Shown: positions 50,042-64,000 of the stretch, piece by piece
Position numbering within the stretch: the first letter of the stretch is position 1
How the letters are laid out: the number at the start of each line of letters is the position of its first letter
Assembly (NCBI GenBank): GCA_951406725.2
Contig: OX597822.1
Coordinates: 94,240,001-94,304,000 of the forward strand
Reading direction: 5' to 3'
DNA length: 64,000 nt
DNA from: Octopus vulgaris
Taxonomy: Eukaryota
Program-made: the position numbers and the translations under genes
The notes under the pieces: model-generated
Databases searched by the model: none
What the model saw: only the letters and a program-made list of their open reading frames with translations
Told to the model about the DNA's origin: nothing

Positions 50042-50452
50042 AGGCGCAGGAGTGGCTGTGTGGTAAGTAGCTTGTTTACCAACCACATGGTTCCGGGTTC
50101 AGTCCCACTGTGTGGCACCTTGGGCAAGTGTCTTCTACTATAGCCTCGGGCCAACCAAATCCTTGTCAGTGGATTTGGTAGACGGAAACTGAAAGAAGCC
50201 CGTCGTATATATGTATATATATTTATATATGTGTGTGTGTTTGTGTGTCTGTGTTTGTCTCCCTAGCATTGCTTGACAACTGATGCTTGTGTGTTTATGT
50301 CCCCGTTACTTAGCGGTTCGGCAAAAAAGACCGATAGAATAAGTACTGGGCTTACAAAAGAATAAGTTCCGGGTTCGAGTTGCTCGATTAAATGCAGTGC
50401 TCCAGCATGGCCGCAGTCAAATGACTGAAACAAGTAAAAGAGTAAAAGAGAG
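50042..50452 (+). mobile_element. SINE-A
   Basis: Full-length family match. Confidence 0.92.
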
Positions 50453-50839
50453 AGTATTTCTTTCATTTCCTATTTACCCGTGTCCCAGGGAACTTGGAAA
50501 TAATCTTGCAATTTTGTACTGCACACAAGCATGAATATATACATATCTTGTAAACAAGAAACAAAGCAGATTGTCTCTAAAATTCCAAGTCAAACCATTT
50601 TATTGTTCTTTGAAGGTTTGTTTAATGTTACCTTAATGCTTTTAGAAATATTTCCTCTCCCAAAGTTTCTATATAAAGAACTTCGAAAGGAAAAAAAAAA
50701 TTCTTTTTGCAAGCGTACGGAAATCAGACATCGTTCTGCAAGAAATCGAATTACCATTCCTGTTGCAGATTTTGGAGAAAAGTTTGAAGTAATGGTATAC
50801 AACAACGAGGTGTTACCTTCTATCATCATGCGTCACAAC

Positions 50840-51020
50840 GAATGCAGTTGAGTTCTATAACAAGTGCAGCTAGCTTCTATACCAAAAGCAGCTAACTTCT
50901 ACAATTGTGGTTGACTTATACAAATGCAGCTAGCTACTACCTCAAGTGCAAGTAACTTCTGCAAGTGCAGCTAGCTTCCACAAGAGCAGTGAGTTTCTAC
51001 ATTAAGTGCAGCTAGTTTAC
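50840..51020. repeat. Degenerate 19-22-bp minisatellite (CAAGTGCAGCTAGCTTCTA)
   Basis: About 9 imperfect units. Confidence 0.75.
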
Positions 51021-51117
51021 GCCTCTCGAGATAAGTTTAAAGAATAACCAATTCTTAATCACCTTGGATTCAAAAACTTGTCCAAGTTTAATGTACGTGG
51101 ATTTCAATTATAAGAAA

Positions 51118-51500
51118 CTAGCAGTATCGCCCGGCGCTGCTCGGGTTTGTAAGGGAAATAACTATAAAGCATTTTTAGAGAGTTATAGCCAAAAAATAGC
51201 AAAAAAATTGAAAAAAAATTATGGTAAATTTTTTTGAGAGTTAAAAAGGTCGAGTTGCGTCCCCATGACATTCTGTGGTTTGTGTTTCTGATTCTCGACC
51301 CCATGTCGAATTTATCGATTTTTTTCAGAACTGGGGAAACTTTTCAAAATTTTCGCTGCTTTAGTTTTGAATTATGACATTGGGTTATGTGTATGTCAAG
51401 TTTCATCAGAATCGGTTGAAAGCCGTGGTCAGTGTGAGGGTACAACCTAACAGACACACAGACACGCAGACAGACAAACTGCCGTTTATATATAGAGAGA
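51118..51500 (-). mobile_element. Non-autonomous Helitron
   Basis: A|TC start, hairpin, CTAG|T on the minus strand. Confidence 0.88.
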
Positions 51501-51861
51501 TATCAGCAGTCAGATACATAGTAAAACATAAAGGAGAGATATAACATTTTACTGTGGGAGATTTGATATTCTTGTGTTCTGTGGTCTAGCCAGATGGTCA
51601 CGTGAGTCATGGTATTTAGCAAAGGACAGAAGGTCAACGAAGGAGCTAAATTAGGCATACGTGGATTGAACGAGTACAAACAGGATTCACTATAAAAGTG
51701 TAATATTCAAGGCGAATCTTTATCGTATTTTTCAGGATATACATTTGTATATTAATGTTTCTTTTTAATGTTACTTTGCTTAAGTTTTTGGTAGGTCTTA
51801 GACATAATTCTGTAGTTTCCTGATTCAGGAGCTTTGGCAGTGTCGGTATGAATAATTGGAG

Positions 51862-52018
51862 TGCAAATTCCGCCGAGGTCGACTTTGCCTTTCATCCTTT
51901 CGGGGGTCGATAAATTAAGTACCAGTTACGCGCTGGAGTCGATGTAATCGACTTAATACCTATGTCTGTCCTTGTTTGTCCCCTCTATGTTTAGCCCCTT
52001 GTGGGTAATAAAGAAATA
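51862..52018 (+). mobile_element. 5'-truncated SINE-B with 17-bp TSD
   Basis: GGTATGAATAATTGGAG at 51845-51861 and 52019-52035. Confidence 0.9.
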
Positions 52019-52586
52019 GGTATGAATAATTGGAGATATTGAAGAGTGCAATTAATTCTTCAGACCCTAGGTATTTTAGTTGTAGGTTTCTGATTTTATC
52101 GTGAAGTATTTGAGTATTTGGGTTTCTCTATCGTTTCTGTGGTGGAGTGTGTGTGTTGGCTGTTTCTTGGACATGTGTTGTGGTGTGGTCGTTGTTAGCG
52201 TAGCAGATGTTGCTAATGACTTTATACAAGGTTTTATTGATTGTTTTGCGCTTCATGATGGCTACAAGTGTTTGTCAATTTTATTCGATCTTTTAGTTAT
52301 TTCTTTGTTTCGTTTCCTGATGATGTTTTCTTTTTGCTGTGTATAGTACTGGCTTGTTATGTTTGAAATTATTCCCAGTGTTCTATTTGGCTAATTCAGT
52401 TGTGTAATTCGGATGGAATTTTCTATATTGTAATCCGGATATTGCTACGATTATTTTGTTGAATGTAATATTCACTGTAGCATCTATATTAGTGAGTGAA
52501 GTGTTATGAATAGCACAAGCCGCATCCTTATCTGTTGGTGGAAATGGTTACTGCGTGACTTGTTGAATTTTTTGGAAAGAATTTTC

Positions 52587-53019
52587 GGATCTTTTCGGTT
52601 TGAACGGCAGTTTTTAACAATTTCTAGGTAACTAAAAAATTTTAAACTTCGTATACTGGTAAAATGTGTTTATAAAACATCTTTTTCTCTTGGCATTATT
52701 GAGAAAATTATATAGTTTGTAAGATATTTGTTGTTTTTTTTTCTTCAATTTCTGCAATTTCAACCAATCAGTGACGTCTATTGAGGTAAAAAAACATTCT
52801 GTGCCGTATGAATATGTCCCTCGTTTAAGAAACAGATTGGGTTTATTTACATTTGTGAAGAAAAAAAGATACTCTTCCCCCTAACCCTAACCCTAACCCT
52901 AACTAAGCCTAACCCTAAAACAGATTGAAATGCAATAGATCGATACTAGGGTCATAATTATGGGTGACAATTTCATATGACACCGCTAGAAAAAACTGCC
53001 GTTCAAACCGAAAAGATCC
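52587..53019. mobile_element. TTAGGG-MITE copy
   Basis: Perfect TIRs; perfect TSD GAATTTTC; (CCCTAA)4 plus variant units. Confidence 0.93.
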
Positions 53020-53812
53020 GAATTTTCCCCTGTCCATTGATGTGTGATTATGATGTGATAACGATCAGGTAGTTAGGGAGAAAGAGTCTGCAGAGAATTG
53101 TTTGCTATGTGATCATAGTAGCTAAGGATGTGGAGCAGAACATTATATCAAGAGATTGGTTATATCTCGTCAAGCTAACTAATTTGGAGATTGGCTAACT
53201 TGATGAAATAAGTGGTTGTGTCAGTGAAGGCTGTTTAACATGCAAACGAAGTTTGTGCTGCTAACATGATACCTTTGGTGTTTTCTGTATTATTGTACCA
53301 GTGTGTTTTGCAGATTGAGACCCTGCTAAGTAATGACGTTCGTGTGTGTGCTACGTGTTGTGGTTGGAGTATGTAAACTGATAGGATGTTTTTTTTTTAC
53401 ACTTTCCAGTCAGGAGGGGAAGGCAGTGCCTATGATCTAGAGCCTCCTAGGCGAGTAACAGGGAAATAGGAAGCATAGGATCTTAAATAGAACCGGAGAC
53501 CTGACTCGAATGTTTACAACAAAGTGGACTCTGCTAACGGCACTCAAAGTGTTAAATCGGGGAAACTGATTGAGTCTGTCACCCAAGTACAACGCAGTGG
53601 GATTTGAACTCAGAATGCAAAGAGGTGAAACAAATGCCACAAAACATCCAACCCGATGTCCTTACAGTTCCACCAATCCACTGCATTGAAAGGCAACGTT
53701 GACCTCGATAGAATTTGAATTCAGAGAGCAGAATCCTTCCATCCGATAATTCAAAGGCTCTGCCGATTCACCGACTGGCAGCGGTGGCGGCGACAGTGGT
53801 GATGGTATGTAA

Positions 53813-54217
53813 AGGCGGCAAGCTGGCAGAAACGTTAGCACGCCGGGCGAAGTGCTTAGCAGTATTTCGTCTGCGTTACGTTGTGAGTTCAAATTCCGCC
53901 GAGGTCGACTTTGCCTTTCATCCTTTCGGGGTCGATAAATTAAGTACCAGTTACGCACTGGGGTCGATGTAATCGACTTAATCCCTTTGTCTGTCCTTGT
54001 TTGTCCCCTCTGTGTTTAGCCCCTAGTGGGTAATAAAGAAATAGAAATAGGTATTTCGTCTGCGTTACGTTGTGAGTTCAAATTCCGCCGAGGTCGACTT
54101 TGCCTTTCATCCTTTCGGGGTCGATAAATTAAGTACCAGTTACGCACTGGGGTCGATGTAATCGACTTAATACCTATGTCTGTTCTTGTTTAGCCCCTTG
54201 TGGGTAATAAAGAAACA
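53813..54217 (+). mobile_element. SINE-B tandem dimer
   Basis: Second unit restarts at GGTATTTCGTC (~54050). Confidence 0.9.
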
Positions 54218-54769
54218 GATATGTATTTTTTTCATATACTCTTCCTATTCTGTTACTTATTTCATATTATGGCTGTTTTGTTGTTGTTACCATTGCATTA
54301 TGTGCTGCGAGATAATTAATTGTTGAAACTGTGGATCTGAGTAGGAAGATAATGGAGATATTTCTAGTGTCCTATATAATGAGGGCTTATGCAATGAAGT
54401 TTTATACATTTGCTGTGAAATACTTAAAAGAATCAAGCGAGATGCAAGCTTTACAAAGTCCTGCTGTCTCGTTGGTTAGTTTTCAAAGTAAGTAGTTCGT
54501 TTGCCTTATCTCCTTCAGAGATTCAATAATTTCAGCCGTGTGGCTTCCCTCCCACAATGGCGTCAAGAAGACAGAAGTAGAGAAGAAATAGTTCAAACGT
54601 AACCATAGAGTGACAGGTAAATGCTAGTGTATTTTTTCACTTTATCTATACGATCTGTTTCTGTGTGTGTGCGCGTACGCGTGTGTAGTTTACTGCGAAA
54701 GTAACTGCAATTGCATATGTTCAAATGGAGACAGGTGTGCAGCAAGAGAGAACATTTAAGAAGTAAATA

Positions 54770-54805
54770 ATGGTGATGATGACGATGATGATGATGATGA
54801 TGATG

Positions 54806-54856
<51 letters not shown>

Positions 54857-54877
54857 TTAATAATCATAATAATAACG

Positions 54878-54935
<58 letters not shown>

Positions 54936-54940
54936 CAATG

Positions 54941-55001
<61 letters not shown>

Positions 55002-55006
55002 CAATG

Positions 55007-55067
<61 letters not shown>

Positions 55068-55463
55068 TAATAATAATAATGAAGAAAAAATGCTTTCTAA
55101 TTGATGTATCAATACCGGCAGATGACAACGTGTATCTAAAAGAAATGGAGAAACTCTCAAAATACAAAGACCTGGAAATAGAGGTAACTAGAATGTGGAA
55201 CCTGAAAACAGAAACAATTCCTATCATAGTAGGTGCATTAGGCATGATAAAAAAATAGTCAGACAAATACATAACAAAAACACCAGGACTTACAAACACA
55301 TATAACATACAGAAAATTGCACTACTAGGCACTGCACACATTCCACGCAGAACACTTTCCATACAATAACCATCAGAGCATCACCACAAATCACAGCACA
55401 TACCCAAGGCACACAGAGCTGCGCTCGGTAGTGAAGTGAAAGCACGCTATAAAAATAAAACTA

Positions 55464-55534
<71 letters not shown>

Positions 55535-55539
55535 CAATG

Positions 55540-55575
<36 letters not shown>
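54770..55575 (+). mobile_element. R4/Dong 3' fragment (55081-55466) embedded in long (AAT)n arrays
   Basis: KCFLIDVSIPADDNV.LKEMEKLSKYKDLEIEV..; near-identical to 46350-46736. Confidence 0.92.
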
Positions 55576-55578
<3 letters not shown>

Positions 55579-55821
55579 GTAAATTCGTTTATTGGCCACA
55601 AGGGCTAACAAAAATCAATTAAAACATAAAGGGGCATAACACAGAACGAAAGTTACAAAGGGTTTTATAATAATAATGATTTCTTTATTAATCACAAGGG
55701 TTTACATTAAGTAAAATATTATGGTCAGTACAGAACAAAACAAAGAATGTGTGTGTACATGTGTGTAAGTGTGCGTTGTGAGGGTTTTGCGTGCAAACAA
55801 GACTAACAAATGTTTTTAAAA

Positions 55822-56021
55822 TTCAGGGCATAAGGCTTGAAATTTAGAGGAGACTAGTCGATTATATCGACCCCAGTGTTTCACTATTACTTAATTTATC
55901 GACTCCGAAAAGATAAAAGGCAAAGTCAACCTCAGCGGAATTTGAACTCAGAACGTTAAGATGTACAAAATACCGCTAAGCAGCTTGACGGCGTGCTAAT
56001 GATTCTGCCAGCTCGCCGCCT
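55822..56021 (-). mobile_element. SINE-B
   Basis: Family match. Confidence 0.8.
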
Positions 56022-56101
56022 TTAATAGGTCGCCCTTATTATTAATAGTAGTAGTAGTAGTAGTTATAATAATAATAATAATGATAATAATAATAATAAT
56101 G

Positions 56102-56135
<34 letters not shown>

Positions 56136-56181
56136 TAATAATAATGATAATAATAATGATAATAATAATAATAACAATAAC

Positions 56182-56237
<56 letters not shown>

Positions 56238-56302
56238 TAATAATAATGATAATAATAATAATAACAATAACAATAATAATAATAATAATGATAATAATAA
56301 TA

Positions 56303-56857
56303 TGCCCTGATGCAGTACCAGGCAGTGGCTCTCATGGCTTCTGATCTTAACTGATTGGAAGTGTTATCATGTACATTGTTTTGTCTTGGTATAAAAGATG
56401 GGCTACAACAAATATTCTGCTTAATACCACAGATTTGCTTGTCAGTTGTTTGACCTTAACCAGTTGAGCATGCCCCGTAGTCGCTGACGATATGTGCATC
56501 TCTGATCACGAGCAGGAGTTGTTGGGGAGCATCATAGTCATGTGTTGAGAGGGATTCTTTGGGGTTTGAATAATTCACCTCTGGAAACATGGGTGTTTCG
56601 TTCAACATCCTAAAACAACCCTTATTCAGGGACCTTTTAAGCGGGATGTGTTACCCGACCAGAAGAAAATTCTAACTGGGCCCCACCTGGAATGTCATGC
56701 GCTGTTTATCTTGATATGAGATCACCGTGTCGCACACATATGGTTGTGATGCATGTGCCTAGTGTACCCTTATCAGACGGGTAATCATGATGGGTATACT
56801 GGGCTTCGTATATTTTACTCCAGTGTCACTTTGACGGCATGCACTGCTCTCTCACTC
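56303..56857 (+). mobile_element. Family D element in (TAA)n
   Basis: TGCCCTGATGCAGTACC...CTCTCTCACTC between AAT arrays. Confidence 0.8.
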
Positions 56858-56864
56858 AATAATG

Positions 56865-56919
<55 letters not shown>

Positions 56920-57002
56920 GGATACACCGGGGACGTTTAACATGTGAGAGCGATAAAACTGCTCCGAAATCTATCCAAAAACATTGGGAATAAAGACATC
57001 AG

Positions 57003-57326
57003 AGTCATGTGTTGAGAGGATTTCTTTGCAGTCTGGATTATCCACCTCCGGAAACATGGGAGTTTCGTTCAACATCCTTAAACAACCCTTATTCAAAGAT
57101 CTTTTGAGCGGGACGGTCTACTCGACCTCGTGAAAATCTTAAACTGGACCTTCACCTACAAGGTTATGCGCTGTTAATCTTGATATGAGATCACCATGTC
57201 GCGCACATATGGTTGTGTTGCATGTGCCTGGTGTACCCTTATCAGACGGGTAGTCATGATGAGTATATTGGGCTTCGTATATTTTACCCCAGTGTCACTT
57301 TGATGACATGCACTGCTCTCTCGCTC
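57003..57326 (+). mobile_element. 5'-truncated family D element
   Basis: Matches 56536-56857; followed by AATAAT. Confidence 0.8.
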
Positions 57327-57342
57327 AATAATAACCGTAATA

Positions 57343-57616
57343 ATCCTTCCTATTGTATGCACAAGGCCTGATTTTGGGGGAAGGGATATTAAGTCGATTA
57401 CATCGATCCCAGTGCTCAACTGGTACTTATTTAATTGACCCCGATAGGATGAAAGGCAAAGTCGACCTCGGAGGAATTTGAACTCAGAACGTGAAGCAGA
57501 CGAAATGTCGTTAAGCATTTTGCTCGGCGTGCTAATGATTCTGGCAGCACGCCGCCTTAATAATAATGATAATAATAATGATAATAATAATGATGATAAT
57601 AATAATAATAATAATG

Positions 57617-57647
<31 letters not shown>

Positions 57648-57746
57648 CAACAACAACAACAACAACAACGACGACGACGACGACAACAACAACAACAACA
57701 ATAACAATAACAACAATAACAACAATAACAATAACGATAACAATAA

Positions 57747-57838
<92 letters not shown>

Positions 57839-58064
57839 TAATAATAATAATAATAATTTTTTTTTACTACCCACAAGGGGCTAAAAACAGAGAGGACAAA
57901 CAAGGACAGACAAACAGATTAAGTCAATTATACCGACCCCAGTGCGTAACTGGTACTTATTTAATCGACCCCGAAAGGATGAAAGGCAAAGTCGACCTCG
58001 GCGGAATTTGAACTCAGAACGTAGCGGCAGACGAAATACCGCTAAGGTTTTCGCCCGGCGTGCT
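57343..58064 (-). mobile_element. Two SINE-B copies separated by an (AAT/AAC)n array (57558-57855)
   Basis: Family match. Confidence 0.85.
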
Positions 58065-58065
58065 A

Positions 58066-58938
<873 letters not shown>

Positions 58939-58944
58939 CATGCG

Positions 58945-59470
58945 GTACTAAACACTTTTGATAGGTGACCGTTCACTTTGACCACTGAGCAGGTGCCGCT
59001 GTGCATTGGAGCAATCCAGCCTCTGAAAACAGGTCCGAAACTACCTGCTTTTAGAACGGCCTCCAAGTAGCCATAGCCGACCCTATCGAATGCTTTGGAC
59101 TGATCCAAACTGATCAGAGCGACCCCGAAACCAGCTTTGGTCTCAGCCCTCTCACGACAACTTATGTATGGCATAAGTTGTCGTGGATAGACCTGTTCGG
59201 GATTATCACATTTGCGCTTCCCCGATCAGCGGCAACATTTTCGCTAACACTTTGGCCAAAATCTTAAACTACGAGTTTAGGAAGAAAATTCCCTAGTACA
59301 TCCCCATTGTCAGCGTCCTTCCTCAGCAGTGTCACCACACCTCGGCTAACAGCACTAGGAAATCTCTGGTTCTGTTGCCAGTTGCGGTAGACATGAAGAC
59401 AGAATTCATAGGACAGACCATCCAAACCGGGCGATTTGCGATTTGTGCTATTTGCTAATCGCCTCCTGAA
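58945..59470 (-). mobile_element. Tx1/L1-clade LINE RT remnant
   Basis: KSPGLDGLSYEF..GVVTLLRK; ALISLDQSKAFDRV..YLEAVLK..FGPVFRGWI..VKVNGHLS. Confidence 0.85.
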
Positions 59471-59503
59471 TTTCAACAGCTGTTATTGGCTTTTCATACG
59501 ACT

Positions 59504-59585
<82 letters not shown>

Positions 59586-59588
<3 letters not shown>

Positions 59589-59811
59589 TTCTTTACTACC
59601 CACAAGGGGCTAAACACAGAGGGGACGAACAAGGACGGACGTAGGGATTAAGTCGATTATATCGACCCCAGTGCGTAACTGGTACTTATTTAATCGACCC
59701 CGAAAGGATGAAAGGCAAAGTCGACCTCGGCGGAGTTTGAACTCACAACGTAACGGCAGACGAAATACCGCTGAGTATTTCGCCCGGCGTGCTAACGTTT
59801 CTGCCAGCTCA
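59586..59811 (-). mobile_element. SINE-B inserted in (CTAT)n
   Basis: Family match; CTAT repeats on both sides. Confidence 0.9.
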
Positions 59812-59836
59812 CCTCTATCTATCTATCTTATCTATC

Positions 59837-59910
<74 letters not shown>

Positions 59911-59911
59911 G

Positions 59912-60008
<97 letters not shown>

Positions 60009-60028
60009 AAGTAAAAACTATTTGTCAA

Positions 60029-60463
60029 CATAATGTGGCTGCCCTGGAAAGGACAATTGTTATTGTTGCTTAGCCCCAAGGAGCATCGTTTCCATCTGGC
60101 TATACCACACAATATTTGTGTCCTTTATATTTTCGAACAGGAAGTCCTGCTCTCCATCCAGCATAAAGCAACATCTGTGGACAGGTTTCTGGGCTCTTGC
60201 TCTTTATCAACACAGAGTAGGTGGCGTTGCTGAATTCCGGTTCGAAAAAAATATAGTTTTCAAAGTGACACACAGTTACTGATCTAATAAGTAGAAGCAA
60301 TACTATTTCTAAATCTCTCAAAGAGAGATATTCAGTAACTGTTCTTTAAGGGAAAGACTATTTACCAACATAATGTGGCTGTCCTGAAAGGGACGAGTGT
60401 TACTGTTGTTTAGCCCCAGGAAACATCGTTTCCAGCTGGCTATACGACACAATATCTGTATCC
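60029..60463. repeat. Two diverged ~95-bp direct repeats 340 bp apart
   Basis: CATAATGTGGCTG.CCTG.AA.GGAC...TTAGCCCCA at 60030 and 60369. Confidence 0.7.
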
Positions 60464-60536
60464 TGTATCTGTATTCGAACAGGGAGTCTAACCCCCACCC
60501 CCACCCAGCACAACGCAACATCTTATATATATATAT

Positions 60537-60747
60537 ACTCTTTACTCTCTTTTACTCTTTTACTTGTTTCAGTCATTTGACTGCGGCCATGCTGGAGCAC
60601 CGCCTTTAGTCGAGCAGATCGACCCCAGGACTTATTCTTTGCCGAACCGCTAAGTTACGGGGACGTGAACACACCAGCACCGGTTGTCAAGCGATTTGGG
60701 GGGACAAACACAGACACACAAACACACACACACACACACACACACAT

Positions 60748-60811
<64 letters not shown>

Positions 60812-60931
60812 GATAGGCTTTGGTTGGCCCGAGGCTATAGTAGAAGACACTTGCCCAAAGTGTCACGCAGTGGGACTGAACCCGGAACCATGTGGTTGGT
60901 AAGCAAGCTACTTACCACACAGCCACTCCTT
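60537..60931 (-). mobile_element. SINE-A with internal deletions
   Basis: Family match. Confidence 0.88.
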
Positions 60932-60957
60932 ATGCATAAAAATATATTAAAATATTA

Positions 60958-61689
60958 AAGAGTAAATTTATCGACATTGGCTTCAGCTAAGGTGTCCAGA
61001 TGACTTCGGAATCTCTTACAACTCTTCTGGACGGTCTCTTTGTATACGTTGGTGAATGCTGACTTCAGTTCATCTTTCGTGTTACAAGGAGTTTCGTTGG
61101 TCTCTCGCTCAACTGCACCCCGCAAATAATGATCAAGGGGGTTGCAGTGTGGGGAGTTTGATGGCCAGATGTTAGGGGTGGTTTGGTCACAGAAATTGTC
61201 TGACAGCCATGAGTGGGTTCTCCTGCTTGTGTGGCATGGTGCAGTCCTGTTGCCAGACATAGGGTCTTCCAGCAGCCACCCTCTTGATCAAGGACACTAC
61301 CTCCTCCAGGCAGTTGATGTAGGCTTCCATGTTGAGTTTGAGGCTGTATGGGAAAATGAATGAAGGCATAATATCGCCATCACTACTGACCACTTGAAAT
61401 ACCATGAATGTGACTGCATGTTTGCTTTTTATCACTCTCGGTACATGTCCTCAGATTGACACCCAAACACTCTGAAATGTTCGTATTGGAGCTTCCGGCG
61501 TGAATGCTAAGCAGTACAGCATGTCGTTTCCAAATTTCTGGCAGAGCGAATTACATTATGGTGCTGTTTTTCTCACAGACGGTGCCCAACTGACCCTACT
61601 ATACGGTGTAGTCGACAAAATCAAAAGCAAACAATGTGCATGCGCGAAATTAAAATGATTAAATGGCAACAACTTACCCATCGCATCCT
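60958..61689 (-). mobile_element. DD37D (maT-like) Tc1/mariner transposase remnant
   Basis: MVF.VVSSDGD..YVWQQD[frameshift]APCHTS..WPSNSP.CNPLD; 37 residues between the last two Asp after correcting the frameshift. Confidence 0.82.
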
Positions 61690-61925
61690 ATATATGCGTG
61701 TCTGTGTGCGTGTGTGTCCACATCTTTCTACCCGCCTCTCTCCCTGCATGTATGTATGTATATATGTATAAGTATGTCTGTATGTATGTGTGTGCATAAG
61801 TGTGCGTGAGTGTGAGTGTATACAAATATATAAAATATATTGGTAGATAAGGTATTTTTTGTAGGTTTGATATGTGTGTGTATTTGCATGCATGTATACA
61901 TAGCCAGAGGGAGATAGACAGATAA

Positions 61926-62010
<85 letters not shown>

Positions 62011-62037
62011 GAGATAGAGATAGAGATAGATAGATAG

Positions 62038-62092
<55 letters not shown>

Positions 62093-62467
62093 AGATAGAT
62101 AGACAGCCCAATAAAGAGATAAATAGATAGATAGCTATTCATTATCTCAACTATGTTTCTAAGCAAAGATCAAGATATAAGTGCACTATAAGCTCTTAAC
62201 TGCTACCCACACATTACACTTCCTGTCAAAGAATACTAAAATATTTTATGGAAACATTCAAGCTGTGGATTGACACAACAAGCCTGGGAAGCATAAAATT
62301 TAGAAGAAAGTAAAGAAAAAAGGAAAATTAAATATGTGGGGAAAAAATTTCCCATGATGCTTAGAAGTAGCTGAATGACCTTTTAGTTGCGTATCATTTC
62401 GAAATGTCACTCCGTAAGTTTTGTATTATTCATTATAAATTATTATTTCAGGGTAAAAATCGTGAAC

Positions 62468-62590
62468 GCGCGTGGCCTAGTGGTTGTGGTGGGTATTTGG
62501 TTTATAACCATGAGGTTATGGCTTCCATTCCTGGATTGGGGAGTGCATTGTACCTTTGAGCAAAGCCTTTAATTTCACGTTCTTACAATC
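62468..62590 (+). mobile_element. Degenerate CORE-like tRNA SINE head
   Basis: GCGTGGCCTAGTGGTT..CTTTGAGCAAAG..TTTCAC. Confidence 0.5.
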
Positions 62591-63206
62591 TGTCGAAGTT
62601 GACTTCACGCACTTTTGATCTCTGAATGCCCAGAACTGTTACTAAATGGCGTTAAGACCGACTCTCTAACGATTCTACGAATCCACTACATACATACATA
62701 CATACATACATACATACATACATACATACATACATACATACATACATACATGCATACATGCATGCATGCATGCATGCATGCATGCATGCATACATTCATG
62801 TATATAGTGGCGCATCCATATACGAATGGTTCTCTAAACGAAACAATCGAATAACGAACGGGCTTTCTGAAGAAAATTAAATTCACATAAAGAGTTGAAA
62901 TTTGATCAACGAACCTGCAGCAGACTATGTAAGCTTATAGATGACTGATAGTCCATTCGCTTAACGATTTGAGATTTAAACAGCAAACTACGAGTAAACT
63001 ACGAACACGTATAAATGTTGGGGAGAGCACATAGAAGCTGTACACTAAATAAACAAATTGTAGGGCGAACAGTTTTTTTTAAGAAGTTAAGCTGAAATGT
63101 GAACAACAAACTACAAGTGGACTATGGGTGTATATAAGTGGCTCAGAGAGTGTATACAAACAGTTACATCCATATTCGCATTTCATGTTGCTTGCAAACT
63201 TTCATA

Positions 63207-63723
63207 TCTGTATATATAAAACTGTAGTTGTGTGAGTGTCTGTCCCCTTCGATTTAGATTCCTAACTACTCCCACATTTTGCGGTGCAGTTTAACCAAAT
63301 TCGGATATCTTATAGTCGTGATTCATATCGAGCCCGTCTGGCTATTAGCGCGCGTCTACGATGAGTCTACGATTTTAAAAATAATTTAACATCATTTTTT
63401 ATTCCATTTTAATGCATAATTTTTCGTGTGTCGATAGCGGCGGAGTTGGCGTCCACGCTCAAACACCTGCACCTTTGTTTGCTTCTCCCCCTTCTTCCCT
63501 CCCTCGTGAAGCTGTGGGGAAGGGAGTGTAAGGAAATCAACGTCGTAAAGCGTTGTCAAGGAGACCAGCGTTCTTTTAGAACAACGACTTCATGGCTTGA
63601 AGACACCAAAACAGAAATGGCTAAGAAAGCCCGAATTGGCATCTATAAGGGGAGTAACTCTCTAAAAATGCTTATATAGTTATTTCCCTTACAAACCCGA
63701 ACAACGCCGGGCGATACTGCTAG
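63207..63723 (+). mobile_element. Non-autonomous Helitron
   Basis: Near-identical to 33506-34022; A|TC...CTAG|T. Confidence 0.9.
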
Positions 63724-63937
63724 TTCTATATAGAAAACAACATTTTTCATATGTTTTGTTAAAAACATAAACCATGAATCAACAAAGGAAAAAACGCACG
63801 TGCGAGCACACATACACACTCGCGCACATACATGAAAATATGTATATACTTGTGTATTTGCGATGGACCAATTAAACAGCATTTCATGCCATTTTGTGGA
63901 GTTTCGGTATGGCCTGGAACGGATGACTTTTGTTAAC

Positions 63938-64000
63938 ATGTATGTATGTATGTATGTATGTATGTATGTATGTATGTATGTATGTATGTATGTATGTATG
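63938..64000. repeat. (TATG)n microsatellite running to the window edge
   Basis: Directly visible. Confidence 0.97.

Noticed and set aside
50840-51020. CRISPR-like array
   Set aside because: Units are adjacent and degenerate with no unique spacers; eukaryotic context; no cas genes
51540-53400. Possible ancient LINE RT on the minus strand around the SINE and MITE
   Set aside because: Only a vague KIRNLQLKYLG..LFN similarity; too decayed to support
54520-54616. Candidate exon (CCTTCAG|...ACAG|GTAAAT)
   Set aside because: Stop codons in all three frames; at most a non-coding exon, unsupported without transcripts

Overview
This is an AT-rich, extremely repeat-dense eukaryotic window in which I can support no host protein-coding gene, rRNA, true tRNA or CRISPR. 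The SINE repertoire and the density of TA/TATG/CTAT/AAT microsatellites resemble an octopus (coleoid cephalopod) genome; this is an inference. Nearly all ORFs in the track are microsatellite or SINE artefacts. The genuine coding remnants all belong to mobile elements: two Penelope-like elements (RT + GIY-YIG), five R4/Dong-clade LINE fragments mostly in (TAA)n arrays, a Tx1/L1 RT, several Tc1/mariner/pogo remnants, a Chapaev-like transposase fragment and a Helitron helicase. Non-coding elements include many non-autonomous Helitrons, a solo LTR, several tRNA-derived SINE families and a TTAGGG-carrying MITE family with 8-bp TSDs. The most notable observations are: (1) an intact-core hammerhead ribozyme with a 96-nt helix II domain in a Penelope 3' region; (2) a small composite of tRNA-like head + (AAT)n + hammerhead; (3) an 848-bp foldback transposon carrying telomeric repeats; (4) several element types converging on TAA arrays; and (5) SINE tandem dimers with a recurrent junction.
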